Shown in pieces: positions 62,027 to 64,000 of a stretch of DNA of 64,000 bases (within the stretch, counting starts at the first letter, position 1; every line of letters begins with the position of its first letter). The stretch lies in contig NC_057710.1 of the NCBI RefSeq assembly GCF_004010195.1, positions 125,229,397 through 125,293,396 on the forward strand. The letters are read 5' to 3'. The position numbers were made by a program, and so were the translations under genes. Source of the stretch: Chiloscyllium plagiosum (lineage: Eukaryota). The notes under the pieces are model-generated. The model made no database searches and was not told where the DNA came from. It saw nothing but the letters and a program-made list of their open reading frames with translations.

Positions 62027-62791
62027 AACTACTAGAATAAGATTAGGGCCAATCAAGCATCATAGTGGGACATTGTATGTGGAGTCAGAGGAGATAGAAG
62101 CGCGAAATAAATACTTTTCATCAGTATTCACCCTAGAAAAAGACAATGTTGTTGAGCAGAATACTGAGATACAGACTACTAGACTAGATGGGATTGAGGT
62201 GCATAAGGAGGAGGTGTTAGCAATTCTGGAAAGTGTAAAAATAGCCAATTCCCATGGGGGGGGATGGGATTTATCCTAGGATTCTCTGGAAGGCCAGGGA
62301 GATTACTGAGGCTTTGGCTTTGATCTTCATGTCGCCATGTCTACAGGAATGGTTCCAGAAGACTGGAGGATAGCAAATGTTGTTCCCTTGTTCAAGAAGG
62401 GGAGTAGAGGCTACCCTGGAAATTATAAACCTGTGACCCTTCTTTCGGTTGTGGGTAATATGTTGGAAAGGGTTATAAGAAAGAGGATTTATAACCAACT
62501 AGAGATTAATGTTGATTAGGGATAGTCAACACTGTTTTGTGAAGGGTAGCTTGTGCCTCACAAACGTTTATTGGGTTCTTTGAAAAGGTGACCAAACAGG
62601 TTGATGAGGGTAAAGCAGTTTATGTGGTGTATATGGATTTCAGTAAGGTGCTTGATAAGATTCCCCATGACAGGCTATTGCACAAAACACAGAGGCACGG
62701 GATTGAGGGTGATTTAGCAGTTTGGATCTGAAATTGACTAGCTGAAAGAATACAGAGAGTGTTGGTTGATATTCATCCTGGAGTTCAGTTA

Positions 62792-63291
62792 NNNNNNNNN
62801 NNNNNNNNNNNNNNNNNNNNNNNNNNNNNNNNNNNNNNNNNNNNNNNNNNNNNNNNNNNNNNNNNNNNNNNNNNNNNNNNNNNNNNNNNNNNNNNNNNNN
62901 NNNNNNNNNNNNNNNNNNNNNNNNNNNNNNNNNNNNNNNNNNNNNNNNNNNNNNNNNNNNNNNNNNNNNNNNNNNNNNNNNNNNNNNNNNNNNNNNNNNN
63001 NNNNNNNNNNNNNNNNNNNNNNNNNNNNNNNNNNNNNNNNNNNNNNNNNNNNNNNNNNNNNNNNNNNNNNNNNNNNNNNNNNNNNNNNNNNNNNNNNNNN
63101 NNNNNNNNNNNNNNNNNNNNNNNNNNNNNNNNNNNNNNNNNNNNNNNNNNNNNNNNNNNNNNNNNNNNNNNNNNNNNNNNNNNNNNNNNNNNNNNNNNNN
63201 NNNNNNNNNNNNNNNNNNNNNNNNNNNNNNNNNNNNNNNNNNNNNNNNNNNNNNNNNNNNNNNNNNNNNNNNNNNNNNNNNNNNNNNNNNN
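62792..63291. other. Assembly gap (500 N)
   Basis: Run of N. Confidence 1.
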
Positions 63292-64000
63292 TATATAGAT
63301 CCTTGAACGTTGCCACCCAGGTTGACAGGGTTGTTAAGCAGGCATACATTGTGATAGCTTTTATTGGTAGAGGGATTGAGTTTCGGAACCATGAGATCAT
63401 GCTGCAGCTGTACAAAACTCTGGTGTGGCCACATTTGGAGTATTGCACACAGTTCTGGTCACTGCATTATAGGAAGGGTGTGGAAGCTTTGGAAAGGGTT
63501 CAGAGGATATTTACTAGGATGTTGCCTGGTTATGGAGGGAAGGTGTTATGAGGAAAGACTGAGGGACTTGAGACTGTTTTCGTTCAAGAGAAGAAGGTTA
63601 AGAGGCGACTTAATTGAGACATACAAGATAATCAGAGGGTTAGATAGGTTGGACAGTAAGAGCCTTTTTCCTCTGATGGTGATGGCCAGCATGAGGGGAC
63701 ATAGCTTTAAATTGATGGGTAATAGATATAGGACACATATCAGAGGTTGTTTCTTTACTCAGAGTAGTAGGGGCATGGAATGCACTGCCTGCAATAGTAG
63801 TATACTCACCAAATTTAAGGGCATTTAAATGGTCATTAGATAGGCATATGGACAAGAATGGAATAGTGTAGGTTAGATTGGCTTCAGATTGGTTCCACAG
63901 ATCGACGCAACATCAAGAGCGTAAGGGGCTGTACTACGCTGTAATGTTCTATGTTCCTAAGACAGTTTCTCTTCATCTTGGTCTTTAATGGCATCCACCT

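Larger units (their letters stand above)
59462..63957 (+). mobile_element. Near-full-length decayed CR1 LINE (second subfamily), spanning a gap
   Basis: ORF1 has VECSSC, LVIGDSIVRG and VQIGSNNIGR (SGNH esterase). ORF2 has YFNARS, VAISETW, MGDFNF, PEDWRIANV and LVWPHLEYCTQFWS. The tail is TGTTCTATGTTC. It is nested in an older minus-strand CR1 3' end. Confidence 0.9.

Noticed and set aside
62640-63551. Long ORFs of 179-264 aa
   Set aside because: Artefacts of the second 500-N gap, flanked by CR1 sequence.

Overview
Vertebrate non-coding DNA, most likely from a cartilaginous fish (shark). This is inferred from the HE1-type V-SINEs, the CR1 LINEs with (TCTATGAC)n tails and the abundant shark-type Penelope termini. 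No intact protein-coding gene is visible, and all sizeable ORFs are transposon relics, chance ORFs or N-gap artefacts. The window holds two near-full-length decayed CR1 LINEs (~33.7-38.6 kb and ~59.5-64.0 kb), many CR1/L2 fragments, several tRNA-derived SINEs (including a Deu-domain SINE), PIF/Harbinger relics, two tRNA pseudogenes and two 500-N gaps. One CpG-rich, promoter-like island (~26.0-27.4 kb) carries a candidate ATG-only first exon. The most striking structure is a set of about 15 very short Penelope-like terminal units from three sequence families, carrying minimal type I hammerhead-ribozyme motifs. They occur as TSD-flanked ~90-nt arm-only inserts, as long palindromes with an asymmetric ~34-nt tail, and once as a tail-only insert inside an 81-bp duplication. 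Also unusual is an intron-retaining tRNA-Leu(CAA) fused to a CR1 ORF2 fragment and inserted antisense into another CR1. Family assignments come from recalled motifs, not database searches, and boundaries of old elements are approximate.
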